Assembly: GCF_006345805.1 (NCBI RefSeq)
Contig: NC_043006.1
Coordinates: 84,630,001-84,694,000 of the forward strand
Source of the DNA: Octopus sinensis
Taxonomy: Eukaryota
Reading direction: 5' to 3'
DNA length: 64,000 nt
The translations under genes and the position numbers were made by a program. Shown piece by piece: positions 40,461-53,687 of this stretch. A model generated the notes under the pieces. It saw only the letters and a list, made by a program, of their open reading frames with translations, searched no databases and had not been told where the DNA came from. Within the stretch, counting starts at the first letter, position 1. Each line of letters begins with the position of its first letter.

Positions 40461-40499
40461 ATTCTTGACAAGTCATACAATGACGAAAACCGGTTGAAT
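40461..40499 (+). ncRNA. Hammerhead-like motif with variant core (UUGACAA)
   Basis: attc-TTGACAA-gtcat.atgac-GAAAA-ccggTT-gaat, ~600 bp downstream of the PLE remnant. Confidence 0.45.
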
Positions 40500-41084
40500 A
40501 AATATATATTTATATATTTATCATTTTCTCATTTTATTAAAATTTTCTTTCATTTGAGCATTCTGCATTTTAAAAAAAATTTTCCTTACTTATATATATA
40601 TATATATATATATATATCTATATATGTATGCATGTATACTATATGTATGTACGTATGTATGTAAGTATGTATGTATACACACACAAACAGACACACACAC
40701 ATATACATATATCATTCCCTCGTCGGCTACGCGTGACAAACTTGCAGGAGCTTTTACTTTGCCACTGGCAGTTAGAACTGATTTCAAACCAACAAAGATG
40801 TGCCTACGGACAAGAAGCATTGCAGAACCTGCATTTGTTACTTCTATCAAAAACAAATGAAGTTCCTCGAGAGAATTCTGTTGTTTTGAAATAATTGTTT
40901 GTTTACTTGAAATTCAACAATAAACATTCTAAACATATGTTTTTCTTCTACTCAGTTGCTCCTTCTACTACATACACTGTACCACAGTAACTTAGGGAGC
41001 CTCTCTGTATTCATTTGACCTGCTAGAAAGAGAAACGAAATCTCAATCTACTCATACCGCTCTTGTCTTAATACAGGAAATACG

Positions 41085-41148
41085 CTTTAGATTATGACGT
41101 TTAGGGTTCCTTATCTTCATCACTCACACACACGCACACACACACTCA

Positions 41149-41235
<87 letters not shown>

Positions 41236-41290
41236 GTGTGTGTGTGTGTGAGTGATGACTGTAAGTAACCCAAAACGTCATAATCTAAAG
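41085..41290. repeat. Inverted repeat enclosing CA/TA microsatellites
   Basis: ctttagattatgacgtttt.gggtt..tcatcactcacacac is mirrored at 41240-41290. Confidence 0.8.
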
Positions 41291-41503
41291 TGTCATAATC
41301 TAAATGAAACACGTGTCGATATTCTACCAAATATATACGTTTTATTTATTATTTGCACATTACTTAATCATTGTTTATGTCTTATCTATATATTTAATAT
41401 TTTCTATAATATGTAATTTTTCTGAATGGTATAATTTAATTTTTCATTATTTAATTGATAAAAGTGTTTTTTTTAATTTATATATATATATAATTTATAT
41501 ATA

Positions 41504-41587
<84 letters not shown>

Positions 41588-41655
41588 TTTGTGAAATTCG
41601 ATTTAGCATTTCTAAATTGAATTTTTCCCTGTAAGTTTGGAATAATATTCCCTCA

Positions 41656-41712
<57 letters not shown>

Positions 41713-41751
41713 CATTATTATTATTATTATCATCATATTATTTTATTATCA

Positions 41752-41817
<66 letters not shown>

Positions 41818-42145
41818 CATACATACACATACATATAATATATATACTGTATGTGTGCGTGTGTGTGAGTGAGCGTGGGAAGGAAAAAATAGGGATGAAA
41901 CCATTTTCTATTATAGTTTTTGCGTGCGTTTCACCATTAAGGCTGTTTGAAGGCCTGCAATTGGTGTTCCAAGTGTATTAAGATCAGTAACAGTACGGAA
42001 TCGTAAAATATATTTGCCAACTAAATGTGGCGGTCCTATAGAGGACAGTGTTACTGTTGTTTTTAGCAGCCTGTGTCTGATTAGTATTTGCGACGGGTGT
42101 CATCGCTCCCATAGTCTATGTAAATAAACGAATAATAAAATTAAC

Positions 42146-42460
42146 AACAGGAGGACGTGCACAAGGAATGTATTAACTTGACGCTCGGTAAAAAGAGGGT
42201 GTTTGACGTTTCGTGCCTAGCTCTTAGTTGGAAAGGGAAAAGTCCAGCACATGTGTAGTTACATTGCCCCTCCCTCTCCCTCTCTGTATGTGACCGCGTG
42301 TGTATCGTTGACGATTTTCTTTCTCCGTCTTCTCTTCTTTGGACTTTTTCTATATTTCTGACGAAGAGCTCCGCTCAAAACCTGAAATCCTCTTATTTTT
42401 CCTTCCTTTCCTGGGCGTCCAATAACACTGAACTTATTCCACGTCCTCGCGTTGTTGTAT
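42146..42460. mobile_element. Inverted pair of PLE-like terminal repeats with decayed hammerheads
   Basis: Both arms resemble 63235-63400. CTGACGAagagctccgctc is at 42358 (+) and gaaacgtcaaac at ~42201-42212 (-). Confidence 0.6.
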
Positions 42461-42523
42461 TTTCTTGCTTGTTCATGTTTGGATTAACTATATGTGTGTA
42501 TATATATACACACACACATACAG

Positions 42524-43078
42524 ACAAGATGTATCTCCAAAACTGACATAATTTGAAATGTGAATATCTGAGTTACTGCATGTCCAGGGCAAACAAAATT
42601 ACATAGGCTTCATGTTGAACAATAAAAGATTTATTTATCAAAGTTCGAAGAAAATTTTCAGAGAAATGTAGATTTTGTAACTGGTTTCATAAACCTTCAG
42701 AAATGTTCAATATGCGCACCTCCTGTTACGCGACACGTGCCAAGTCGGTAGTCCAGCTCCAGCTCCAACCAAACATGCTGTATCATGTCTTGTGTAACAT
42801 TCTCCAGCACCTCAGTAATTTTCTGTTTGAGTTTCTCTAGGCATTTAGGAAGGGCAGGGATATAGAACAGTCCTTTCACATAGCTCCATAGAAAAAAATC
42901 ACAAGGTGTCAAGTCTGATGAATTTGGTGGGGATTTCAGCAGCACATTGTCATTATCACTGGCATGCCCGATCCAAACTTAGTTTTTACACATTTTATTA
43001 AAATTTGAGATCAATTGAGCGAGATTTAGCTATGTCATTAGATTACGAAATGATGTCAATTTGGAGGAGAGATCCTGT
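42524..43078 (-). mobile_element. Internally deleted Tc1/mariner transposon
   Basis: ORF 42697-42945 PPNSSDLTPCDFFLWSYVK..GGAHIEH. Imperfect TIRs acaagatgtatctccaaaactgacat / atgtcaatttggaggagagatcctgt. Confidence 0.8.
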
Positions 43079-43091
43079 GTATGTGTGTATT

Positions 43092-43472
43092 CAATTATAA
43101 CTGACGGTCAGGAGAGCACCTACGTTGCTAGAAATAAGTGTTAAACAACCCTTAGACTTAAACAACCCGTATAGCCGCTTTGGTTATTTAATAATTGTCT
43201 CATTACCATTTTGCTGAATCAGCCACTGATTCCTAAGGTAAATACTATACACTGACAGTAAGGATTTATCCAAACCATCCAGCGACAGAGTAGTCACTAC
43301 TGGTATGCTTTAATTTTAAGCGAAACTAGACTAGTGTAGTAATTTCGTTCGTTGTGGGGTGGTTATCTCCCCTGTCAGTGTATGGTACGTGCTTCCTTGC
43401 GGCTCTAAGGGTTGTTTAACTCTTATTTCTCGCAATGTAGGTGCCACCCTGTACCATCAGTTAGTGATAATT
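43092..43472. repeat. Palindromic repeat element
   Basis: taactgacgg..gcacctac.ttgc.agaaataag.gttaaacaacccttaga is mirrored at 43400-43470. Confidence 0.7.
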
Positions 43473-43517
43473 AAATTTCCCCTTTTTGGTTTTGTATTGC
43501 GTATAGCCGCCTTCTTA

Positions 43518-43575
<58 letters not shown>

Positions 43576-43993
43576 ATATATATGTATGTATGTATATGTA
43601 TATGTATGTATGTATGTTATGTATGTATGTATGATATGTATGTATGTAAGAACATAGATGGGGGTTAAAATTTACGACAACTGCTTCGGTAAAATTTCAT
43701 TGATGTATTTATTATTCATAGATTACATCACAGCATATACATATAGTGTAAATTACCGAATTATTCCGCATCTCTTTCGTTCTGTCTGCCTTTTCTGAGA
43801 AGGAATTGAAGAAATCAAAAATGCCGGAAGCTGATTATTCTCTACTACGAAACCGACAATTAGCAAAACATAATTCCGTCTGTTTTTATAATTACTGAGC
43901 TGTTAAGACATAATAACAAACTACATGTTAATGAAGAAAGCCAGAAAATATAACAGAAGGTCGCCATGATAGAAGTAGAGAAGACTAAGGAAC

Positions 43994-44046
<53 letters not shown>

Positions 44047-44384
44047 CAAAGGAAACAGGAGGAGAAGAAGAAGAAGAAGAAGAAGAGAAGAAGAAGAAGA
44101 AGAAGAAGAAGAAGAAGAGAAGAAGAAGAAGAAGAAGAAGAAGTGTGCAAGTATGAATGGATGTGCGTTAGATATTAAATTATGTAGGTACATGTGTGCT
44201 TCTAACACAGTCACAAGGTTAGATATTTTAAAGAAGGAGTTTGTCGGTTAAATCGGCTCAGGAAAAAAAAGGGTAATGCTGTCCTCACTGGGGTTTGAAC
44301 TCAGGATATAATAAGTCAGAAGAAATACTGCAAAACATTTCATCCGATACTCAACCAATTCTGCCTTTATTAACTCATAATCAT

Positions 44385-44595
44385 CCTTTCTATTACAGGC
44401 ACAAGGAAATTTGTGGGGAGGGGGATAGTCGATTACATCGACCCCAGTACTCAACTGGTATTGAATTTATCGAATCCGAAAGGACGAAAGGCAAAATCGA
44501 CCTCGGCGGAATTTGAACTCATAACGTAAAGACGGACGAAATGCCGCTAAGCATTATTTTCCGACATGCTAATGATTCTGCCAGCTCGCTGCCTT
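44385..44595 (-). mobile_element. SINE family B
   Basis: Reverse-complement SINE B core and head. Confidence 0.8.
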
Positions 44596-44650
44596 GATGA
44601 ACTCATAATAATAGTTTGATTTATAGCATATACTAATTTTTCATGTACAA

Positions 44651-44823
44651 GGCGCAGGAGTGGCTGTGTGGTAAGTAGCTTGCTTACCAACCACATGGTT
44701 CCGGGTTCAGTCCCACTACGCGACATCTTGGGCAAGTGTCTTCTACTATAGCCTCGGGCCGACCAAAACCTTGTGAGTGAATTTGGTAGACGGAAACTGA
44801 AAGAAGCCCGTCGTATATATATG

Positions 44824-44893
<70 letters not shown>

Positions 44894-45125
44894 GTGTGTA
44901 TATATATCTGTGTGTGTGTTGTTGTGTCTGTGTTTGTCCCCCCAACATTGCTTGACAACCGATGATGATGTGTTTACGTCCCCGTAACTTAGCGGTTCGG
45001 CAAAAGAAACCGATAGAATGAGTACTAGGCTTACAAAGAATAAGTCCTGGAGTTGATTTGGTCGGCTAAAGGCGGTGCTCCAGCATGGCCGCAGTCTAAT
45101 GACTGAAACAAGTAAAAGAGTAAAG
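44651..45125 (+). mobile_element. SINE family A, full length (tRNA head, internal microsatellite, LINE-like tail)
   Basis: ggcgcaggagtggctgtgtggtaag..ggttcagtccc head; tail ggcggtgctccagcatggccgcagtc..gactgaaaca. Confidence 0.92.
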
Positions 45126-45145
45126 GTTGTACATCAGTCTAGAGT

Positions 45146-45437
45146 TCATGGCTTAGTGGTTAAGGTGTTGCAATCGCGATCGGGAGATCGTGGTTTCAGT
45201 TCCTGGACCAGGTGGTGCGTTGTGTTCTTGAGCAAAACACTTCATCTCACCTTGCTTTGCGATCACTTCGACACCTGACGAGTGGTACTCCGTGCACTTG
45301 TTCAGACAACGTCGATTTGATGGAGGGAGTGAGCTGATGTACAGGACACAAATATGATCACTATAAACAAATCATTCGTGCAGGTTGTTCAGTAAGAATT
45401 TGCAGATCCGCCTTCCTCGGACTACGAGAGGCATACC
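45146..45437 (+). mobile_element. tRNA-headed SINE (D-like core, RTE-like tail)
   Basis: tggcttagtggttaagg head, tgtgttcttgagcaaaacactt core, ttcctcg..gagaggcatacca end. A related head is at 48137-48420. Confidence 0.6.
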
Positions 45438-45757
45438 ATCATTATCATTATCGTTGTATATCCACTTCGAGGAGTACAGTGAAGTCTGTTGTTCACTGAC
45501 GAGCGCAGAATAACACCAAAATATTTCAGAATTATTTCCACTGCTTGTCGGGGAAACGAAAAAGTAATCAGTACATTAGTTATTGACTAATATCGATTTT
45601 TAAAATGGTTTTCATTTTTTTTTTGTTTTGCTTAGTTTTTCTTTACTTCATATTTATTTCTAATTAACAATCTAATACTCTCTGCATTAAATATATTAAC
45701 ACAAACTCGCGTTCACTAACTTTATTTATTCATTAGCATCTTTAATATAGTTTAATT

Positions 45758-46563
45758 CGTTTCTACTCTAGGCACAAGGCCCGAAATTTGTGGGGAGGGG
45801 ACAAGTCGATTAGATCGACCCCAAGATGCAACTGGTACTTAATTTATCGACCCCGAAAGGATGAAAGGTAAAGTCGACCTCGGCGGAATTTGAACTCAGA
45901 ACGTAACGGCAGACGAAATACTGCTAAGCATTTCGCTCGGCATGCTAACGTTTCTGCCAGCTCGCCGCCTATAACATCTTTAATATATATTTCTTACTGC
46001 CCACAAGGGGCTAAACACAGAGGGGACAAACAAGGACAGACACACGGATTAAGCCGATTACATCGACCCCAGTGCGTAACCGATTCTTAATTTATCGACC
46101 CCGAAAGGATGAAAGGCAAAGTCGACCTCGGCGGGATTTGAACTCACAACGTAACGGCAGACGAAATACTGCTAAGCATTTCCCCCGGCGTGCTAACGTT
46201 TCTGTCTGCTCGCCGCCTATAGCATCTTTAATATAGTTTAATTCGTGGAGGCGTGTGGCTTAGTGTATGCGGTTCACTGTCGTAAGATCGTGAATTCGAT
46301 TCACAGCGGCAAGTTGTACCCCTCAGCAAGATATTTTATTTTTCGTTGCACAATTCTACTCAGCTGGCAGAAATGAGTAGCACCCATATTTTAAAGGACC
46401 GGCCTTGTCACATTCCGTGTCACACTGAATCTCCCTGAGAACAACGTTAAGGTTATATGTGTGTCTGTGGAGTACTCGGCCACGTGCGCATTAATTTCAC
46501 GAGCAGGCTGTTCTGTTAATCCGATCGACTAGAACTTTCGACGTCGTAACAAACGGAGCGCCA
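45758..46563. mobile_element. Two SINE B copies (-) followed by a degenerate SINE C-like copy (+)
   Basis: SINE B at 45758-45969 and 45990-46217 with duplicated flank catctttaatat; SINE C-like copy at 46246-46563. Confidence 0.8.
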
Positions 46564-46792
46564 GTTTTTTTGTTTTTCTTCTTTTAAAACGAGAAAAAAT
46601 ATCTCAATTCATGAAGAAACATAATCTCTATTCCTCTTCACCATTCCTCTTTGTCAGTAGTGGTAGTTACATATTCATTTCTGAGACTTCTGCTACATTT
46701 CAAAATACCATTTTCATCGGTTCTGTCACCAATGTATTATTGTATTCATATACGTTTCGCCATCATCACTCCATCTCTCTCTCTCTCTCTCT

Positions 46793-46851
<59 letters not shown>

Positions 46852-47160
46852 GGTATCATCCATTTTGTTATTGCTGTTGTTGCTGTTATGGGGACGGTGT
46901 TGTTGTTGTTGTTGTGGTGGTGGTGGTGATTTTCTTGCTGCTGTTGTCGTTGTAGGTTCTTTTTTTGTCATTGCTATCATTAGCAACAGAGGATGTAGAA
47001 TTGGCCTAGCTTTTATCACGTACAGACAGACATTATACACTAACTCTTTGCGACATTTTACCATTAGCAACAGCTTTCATACCATACACACACACACAAA
47101 CACACGCACACACACACACACGCACACACACACACACCACACACACACACGCGCGCACAC

Positions 47161-47192
<32 letters not shown>

Positions 47193-47198
47193 CACGCA

Positions 47199-47235
<37 letters not shown>

Positions 47236-47257
47236 GCACGCACACACACACACGCAC

Positions 47258-47310
<53 letters not shown>

Positions 47311-47449
47311 CACACACACACACACACACGCACATATATATATATATATAATGAAACATGAAGAGAAAGGGTTTAATAGCGGAAAGTTCGGATCTTTGAA
47401 AGAACAGGGAAAGTGTTGTATTCGAAATGTAATCGGAAGGAAAAAGTGT

Positions 47450-47820
47450 GGGGAGGAAGAGGAGGAGAAAGTGGAGGGAGAAGAAAGCAGAGGAGGGAGG
47501 GACGGAGAAGGGAGGAAAAGGAAGTGAAAGTGGATGGAGGGAGAGGGAGGAAGAGGAGGTGAAATCGGATGGAGGAGAGAAAGAGAAAGTGGGAGGGGAG
47601 GAGGGGACGAGAGGAAGAGGGAGAAGGAGGAGGAAGAGGGGTGGAGGAAGTGGTGTGGAGGAGGAGGAGGAGGAGGTGGTGGGGGAAGAGGAGGAGGAGG
47701 CGGAGGAGGAGGTGGTGGGGGAAGAGGAGGAGGCGGGGAGAAGAGAGAGAAGAGGACATGGAAAAAACAGTTAAATGATCAAGCGCAGATGGCGACGAAT
47801 GGATGTCAAACAAAAGAGGA

Positions 47821-47859
<39 letters not shown>

Positions 47860-47980
47860 GGAGAAAAGGAGGGAGGGAGAGAGAAAAAGAAAACGAGAGG
47901 GAGAGAGAACGGTAGGAAGGAAGAGAAAGAGAAAGAGAAAACGAGAGAGAGGAGAAGAGAAAGATAGAGAGAAAATATAG
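47450..47980 (+). repeat. Polypurine (GGA/GA) tract
   Basis: Seen directly in the sequence. Confidence 0.85.
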
Positions 47981-48438
47981 GTGACGAAAGACCGATCGTT
48001 AAATAGGAGCACGTGAAAAGAAATTATCACCAGGCTCTATTTTTATCGATCAGCTGGTAGTATTCTCTCTCTCCTCCTCCTCCTCTTTCTCTCTCTGCGC
48101 ATGTGCATATGTGTATGCATAAGTGTGTGTGAAGGATCGTGGCCTAGTGGTTAGGATGTTGTATTCACGGTCGCAAGATAGTGCTTTCGACTCTCACATC
48201 GGCGATACGTTGTGTTCAAGAGCATAACACTACTTCCACGTTTCACTTTGCTCCAGTCCATTCACCTGCAAATGGGTCACCCTGCGACGAACTGGCGTTC
48301 CGTTCAACGGAAGCGTTGACCTGCATGCCTAGCCAACGGGGTGGCATCGGACGAAAGCTACACCAATGCAAGGAAACGCATCATGACCAGCGAGGTATAG
48401 CAACATATGATATCTGATCTGTACAGTGATATATATAT

Positions 48439-48910
<472 letters not shown>

Positions 48911-49149
48911 CTTACCACACAGCCATTCCTATATATATATTGTTTGTTTGTTTTCCACCTGCCTTCGTCTTTTGTCTATTTTCATAAAGCTTCCCGTTAT
49001 ATATATGTATCACTGTAGGCGATGCTCCAGTATGGCCGCAGTCAAATGACTGAAACAAGCAAAAGAGAGAGTATATATAATATATATATATATATATATA
49101 CTACTGAAATCGCGTCTACTCTCTTCATTGACCACAACCTTCGTATTTC

Positions 49150-49962
49150 CCACTTCAAATCATGGTTGCTTATTTTTCCTTCACCTTTCACATTGATCTG
49201 GGGCATGCTATGTCGATTACCATACATGTTCTTTCTTTTTTATTCATCACAACAATGTCCAGTTTTCGATGTCTGCTCGAGTGATCGCACTAGCTCATTG
49301 CACCCCTAGGATTTTGCAGTTCTCATTTTCGATAATTCCTTCTGGAGTTTGCTCATACCAGGTCTTTGCTCTTTGTAGGCCGTGATTTCTACAGAGCTCC
49401 CAGTGGATCATTCTTTCCACAATGTCATGGCGTTTTTTGTATTCGCGTTGTGCCAATTTCGGGCATTCGCTAACGATGTGCCATACCATTTCACTCCTCT
49501 CGCCACACATTCTGCATTTGTCGCTATCAGCAGTGTTGTCTATTCTGCATTTCACATAATTGGTCCTTAACGCTTGTTCCTGAGCTACGCATATGAGTGC
49601 TTCTGTCTCTATTTTCAGATCACACCTCCTCACCCATAGCCACCGATCCTCTGTATCTGCCTTCGCGTTCATATCTCATGCAAACTGACCGTACATTTTC
49701 TTTTCCTTCCAAGATTTTTCTTTCTTTTCGTTCATTTCTTGTTTAAATTTTTCTTTCTTTATACAATTTTCAGTGTATTTCAACAGTGGATCCACGGCAT
49801 TTTATGTAAAACCCTAAGCTGTTTTCTTCTGCTTCGATACAGTCCTCCCACCCTTTTCTCTGGACAAGTACAGCCTATTGGTGTCACTCAGAGTGGAAGG
49901 ATCTGTGTACGGTCAACATTTTTCTGGTCTTGGTATCCATTTTCTTCACTTCTCCCTTTTGC
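49150..49962 (-). pseudogene. R4/Dong-like LINE fragment (post-RT region, CCHC, start of RLE)
   Basis: MDTKTRK..RLYL.REKGGR; ETEALI..QEQAL..KCRMC..HIVSECPKLA..RHD. The 5' truncation abuts (TAA)n. Confidence 0.85.
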
Positions 49963-50035
49963 CATTATTATTATTATTATTGTTGCTGCTGTTGTTGTTG
50001 TTATTATTATTATTATTATTATATTATTATTATGA

Positions 50036-50460
50036 AGGCAGCGAGCTAGCAAAACCCTTCGGACAGAAGACAACATGCTTAGCGGCATTTTGTCCGTTTT
50101 TACGTTCTGAGTTCAAATTTTGTCGAGGCCGACTTTGCCTTCTATCCTCTTGGGGTCGATGACATAAACTGGGGTCGATTTAATTGATTAGTCCTCTCCC
50201 CCAAATTTCAGGCCTTGTGCCTATAGTAGAATGGATTATATCATGAAGGCAGCATGTTGGCAAGACCTTTCGGACGGAGGACAAAATGCTTAGCGGTATT
50301 TCGTCTGTTTTTACGTTCTGAGTTCAAATTCCGCCGAGTCGATTTTGCTTTCATCCTTTCGTGTTCGATGAAAGGAGTACCAGTTGCATATTGGGGACGA
50401 TATAATCGACTAGCCTCTCCACCGAAATTTCAGGCCTTATACCTATTGTAGAAAGGCTTA
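50036..50460 (+). mobile_element. Two tandem SINE B copies (short-tail variant)
   Basis: Cores at ~50105 and ~50315; tails aaatttcaggcctt..tagaa.ggattatt. Confidence 0.8.
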
Positions 50461-50534
50461 TTATTAACTTAAAGTTTCTCGGGCTTCTAACCCGAGTCAG
50501 AGGACCACGAAACTTTAAGTCTCATTTAGCCGAA

Positions 50535-51321
50535 TCAATCAAACATGCAATTTCTACTAAATGTGTTGAGTGCCCTTTTCTCTTGAACAATATTTACTTT
50601 TATCGTGAGCAATTTTTCATTTCGTTTTAGCTTACGTACAAGTGTTCCATTTCGTTTTACGGCAATTTTTTGTTTCAGTCCCTCAGCCGCATTCGAACAT
50701 TCGACTGAACCGACTATACTTCCACACAAAACACTTATGGGCGTATTCCATACTTTGAATGAATTGAGTGAACTGTATATCTTTGCCTTATTCGTTTGAT
50801 CTCGAAATGTTATATTACATAAGAATTCACCGAAAAAATATAATCCTTTTTTTTTTCGTAACACTATGTACTACCTTATTCGATTTAATTAATTTCGGCT
50901 TACCGATATATTTCCACGTTTTTTTAATTTATAATGGCAATGTCACTACCAGTGTCCAATTACATTTTAACACTTGTATTTCTGATTTTCCCCTGTACGA
51001 ATTTCCTCATCGATATATTACCAATTTCTTCCAATGACGTACTGTTTAGTCTTTTAACTCCACGTAAATTGGTTTATCCTCGTCGAGTTTATTAATTCCT
51101 TATGAGTTTATTAAATCCTCTTCGCCACTGTTATATCGATGATATGTTGGATTGTTACACCGCCCACTGCGGTATACAGTATACTTAGTAAAACCAGTAA
51201 AGGCACGACTATCTCTGACCGCCTACCACGTAGTCCGGTACTTCACGTACTTCTCTTATAGTGACGAGGTTATTCCATTCGTCGCGTGGGAGGGGTGTAC
51301 CATTATTACTAATTCTCTACA
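50535..51321 (-). mobile_element. Gypsy LTR retrotransposon remnant: LTR, PBS and aspartic protease
   Basis: Minus strand TGT(51321)..ACA(51129), then TGGCGAAGAGG (PBS-like), then LDTGSDIAII..TWKYIGKPKL..GEFLCNITF. Confidence 0.75.
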
Positions 51322-51444
51322 ATAGTAGATATGTATGTGTGTATGTGTATGTGTATGTATGTATGTATATATATATATATATATGTATATATGGAAAAAA
51401 AGTCAAGGTAGAAAATGATAAAATAATTTTATAAAAAACATTTT

Positions 51445-51478
51445 AGTACCGGTTTCAGTCATTGTGACTTTTTCAACT
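51445..51478 (-). ncRNA. Hammerhead-like motif with variant core (UUGAAAA)
   Basis: ag-TTGAAAA-agtca-caa-tgact-GAAAC-cg-GTA-ct. Confidence 0.4.
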
Positions 51479-51634
51479 GTAACAATTAAACAATGAAATT
51501 TAGAAAAATTAAAAGAAAAGTTTTTTTTTAAGAATATTTGTATAGTGTTCAAATACAAGTAGCGTTTTCCTTGTTTCTGCCTGTTTCTGTCTCTCTTGTT
51601 TACTCTTGTGAGTTCGAGGTCGTTGTGAATTCTT

Positions 51635-51672
<38 letters not shown>

Positions 51673-51739
51673 AAACTTTTGTATGTATATATATATGTAT
51701 ATATATATTTGTGTGTGTGTGTGCGTGTGTAAGCGTATA

Positions 51740-51780
<41 letters not shown>

Positions 51781-51802
51781 CACACACTTACACACGCACA
51801 CG

Positions 51803-51914
<112 letters not shown>

Positions 51915-52629
51915 GTATATATACATGCATATATATATATTTGTGTGTGTGTGTGTGATTTAACGCTTGTGCTTGCAGACCCCTCCGCCACCGCTTGAGA
52001 ACACGTGTTTATTTACGTCTCCGTAACTTAGCGGTGTGGCAAAAGAAACCGACAGTATCAATTTAATAACAATAAAAAAAGAAAAGATTGGCGGGGGGGC
52101 TATTTGTCCCACTAAAGCACTTTACTGCGGTACGCCCAGAATGGACGCAGTCTAACAACTGAAACAAGTAAAATATAGCATTGAAATATCGCCATTGTGT
52201 CATGAAGTCAAAAAGATTAAAAGTGCTGCGTTTGAACAGAAGCTTCGGGAAACGATAGATTAAAGATTTATTTATATCTTGGTTGTGTGCGGAGAAATAA
52301 ATCAATGTTCATATGATCATATGAACGAAACTACGAAACTAATGTTAATGGGAAGACAGGAAGTTATATGAAAATAATGTAGAGCGGAAGTTATCTTTAG
52401 TGAGAAACAATTTAGCAGAATTAGTTCAATCTTGTTGAAATAGGTCAGATGTAAAGAGCAATTAGAAAAGCAGAACTATGCAACAACAAGAAGCTGGTGC
52501 GACAGAATAAGCACACCGAAGACGATGTCGTCAATGAATAAGGCAAGTTTTGTAATAATAGTAATGATAATAGTAACAATAACAACAATTATAATAATAG
52601 TAACAATAACAATAATTATAATAATAATA

Positions 52630-52817
52630 ATCCTTTCTACTAAAGGCATAAGGCTTGAAATATGACTCCCAGTGTTTCACTGGTACTTAATTTATCGACC
52701 CCGAAAGGATGAAAGGCAAAGTTGACTTCGGCGGAATTTGAACTCAGAACATGAAGATGAACGAAACGCTGCTAAACATTTCGCCCGGCGTGCTAACGAT
52801 TCTGCCAGCTCACCGCC
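52630..52817 (-). mobile_element. SINE family B
   Basis: Reverse-complement core. Confidence 0.8.
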
Positions 52818-52828
52818 GCAAAATAATA

Positions 52829-52878
<50 letters not shown>

Positions 52879-52893
52879 TAATAATAATAATAA

Positions 52894-53170
52894 CCAGGCA
52901 TGGCTCCCGTGGCTTCTGATCTTAACTGATTGGAAGTGTTATCATGTACATTGTTTTGTCTTGGTATAAAATATGGGCTACAGCAAATATTCTGCTCAAT
53001 ACCACAGATTTGCTTGTCAGTTGTTTGACCTTAACCAGTTGAGCATGTCCCTTAGTGGCTGACGATATGTGCATCTCTGATCACGAGCAGACGTAGTGGG
53101 GGAGCATCATAGCCATGTGTTGAGAGGGATTCTTTGGGGTTTGAATAATTAACCTCTGGAAACATGGGTG
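52894..53170 (+). mobile_element. Third copy of the TAA-associated repeat
   Basis: Reverse complement of 18815-19093, preceded by (TAA)n. Confidence 0.75.
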
Positions 53171-53174
53171 TTGT

Positions 53175-53680
53175 TGTTTTTTTTATTATACCTAATGTTC
53201 CTACTATGATAGGAATTGTTTCTGTTTTTAGGCCCCACATTCGCGTTACCACTACTTCCAGATCTTTGTAATTTGAAAGTTTCTTGGTTTTTTTCTTTTT
53301 TACAGAAACATTATCACCTGTTGCTATTGATACATCGATTAGAAAGCATTTTTTTCAGAGTGATCTCTGCTAAATATATCTAGCCTATTAGCCTTGATTT
53401 CTCTATGTGCATTAGCATATCCCAGAGTATGGTTGCTTTCTCGTTTTCTGTGACCTTTTCTGGTGTGTGCCTATACCATCTTTTTTCTGTTGTTATTCCA
53501 TAATGTTGGCATAGCTTCCAATGTATGTAGGTTCCAACTCTGTCGTGTCTGTGAATATATTCCTTCTTAGCCAGGACTGGGCAGCCAGAGATAATATGAT
53601 TTATTGTTTCTTCTCCATCTCCACATATTCTGCAGTTACTTGTATTTCTTTTCATTGCATGTTTTAGGTGACTTCTGATG
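53175..53680 (-). pseudogene. R4/Dong-like LINE CCHC-RLE fragment
   Basis: CRICG..ETINHIISGC..RHD and KYKDL..VTRMW. Near-identical to 56400-56950. Confidence 0.85.
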
Positions 53681-53687
53681 GGAAATT

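Noticed and set aside
47448-47980. Glu/Gly/Arg-rich ORFs
   Set aside because: They are translations of a polypurine simple-repeat tract.
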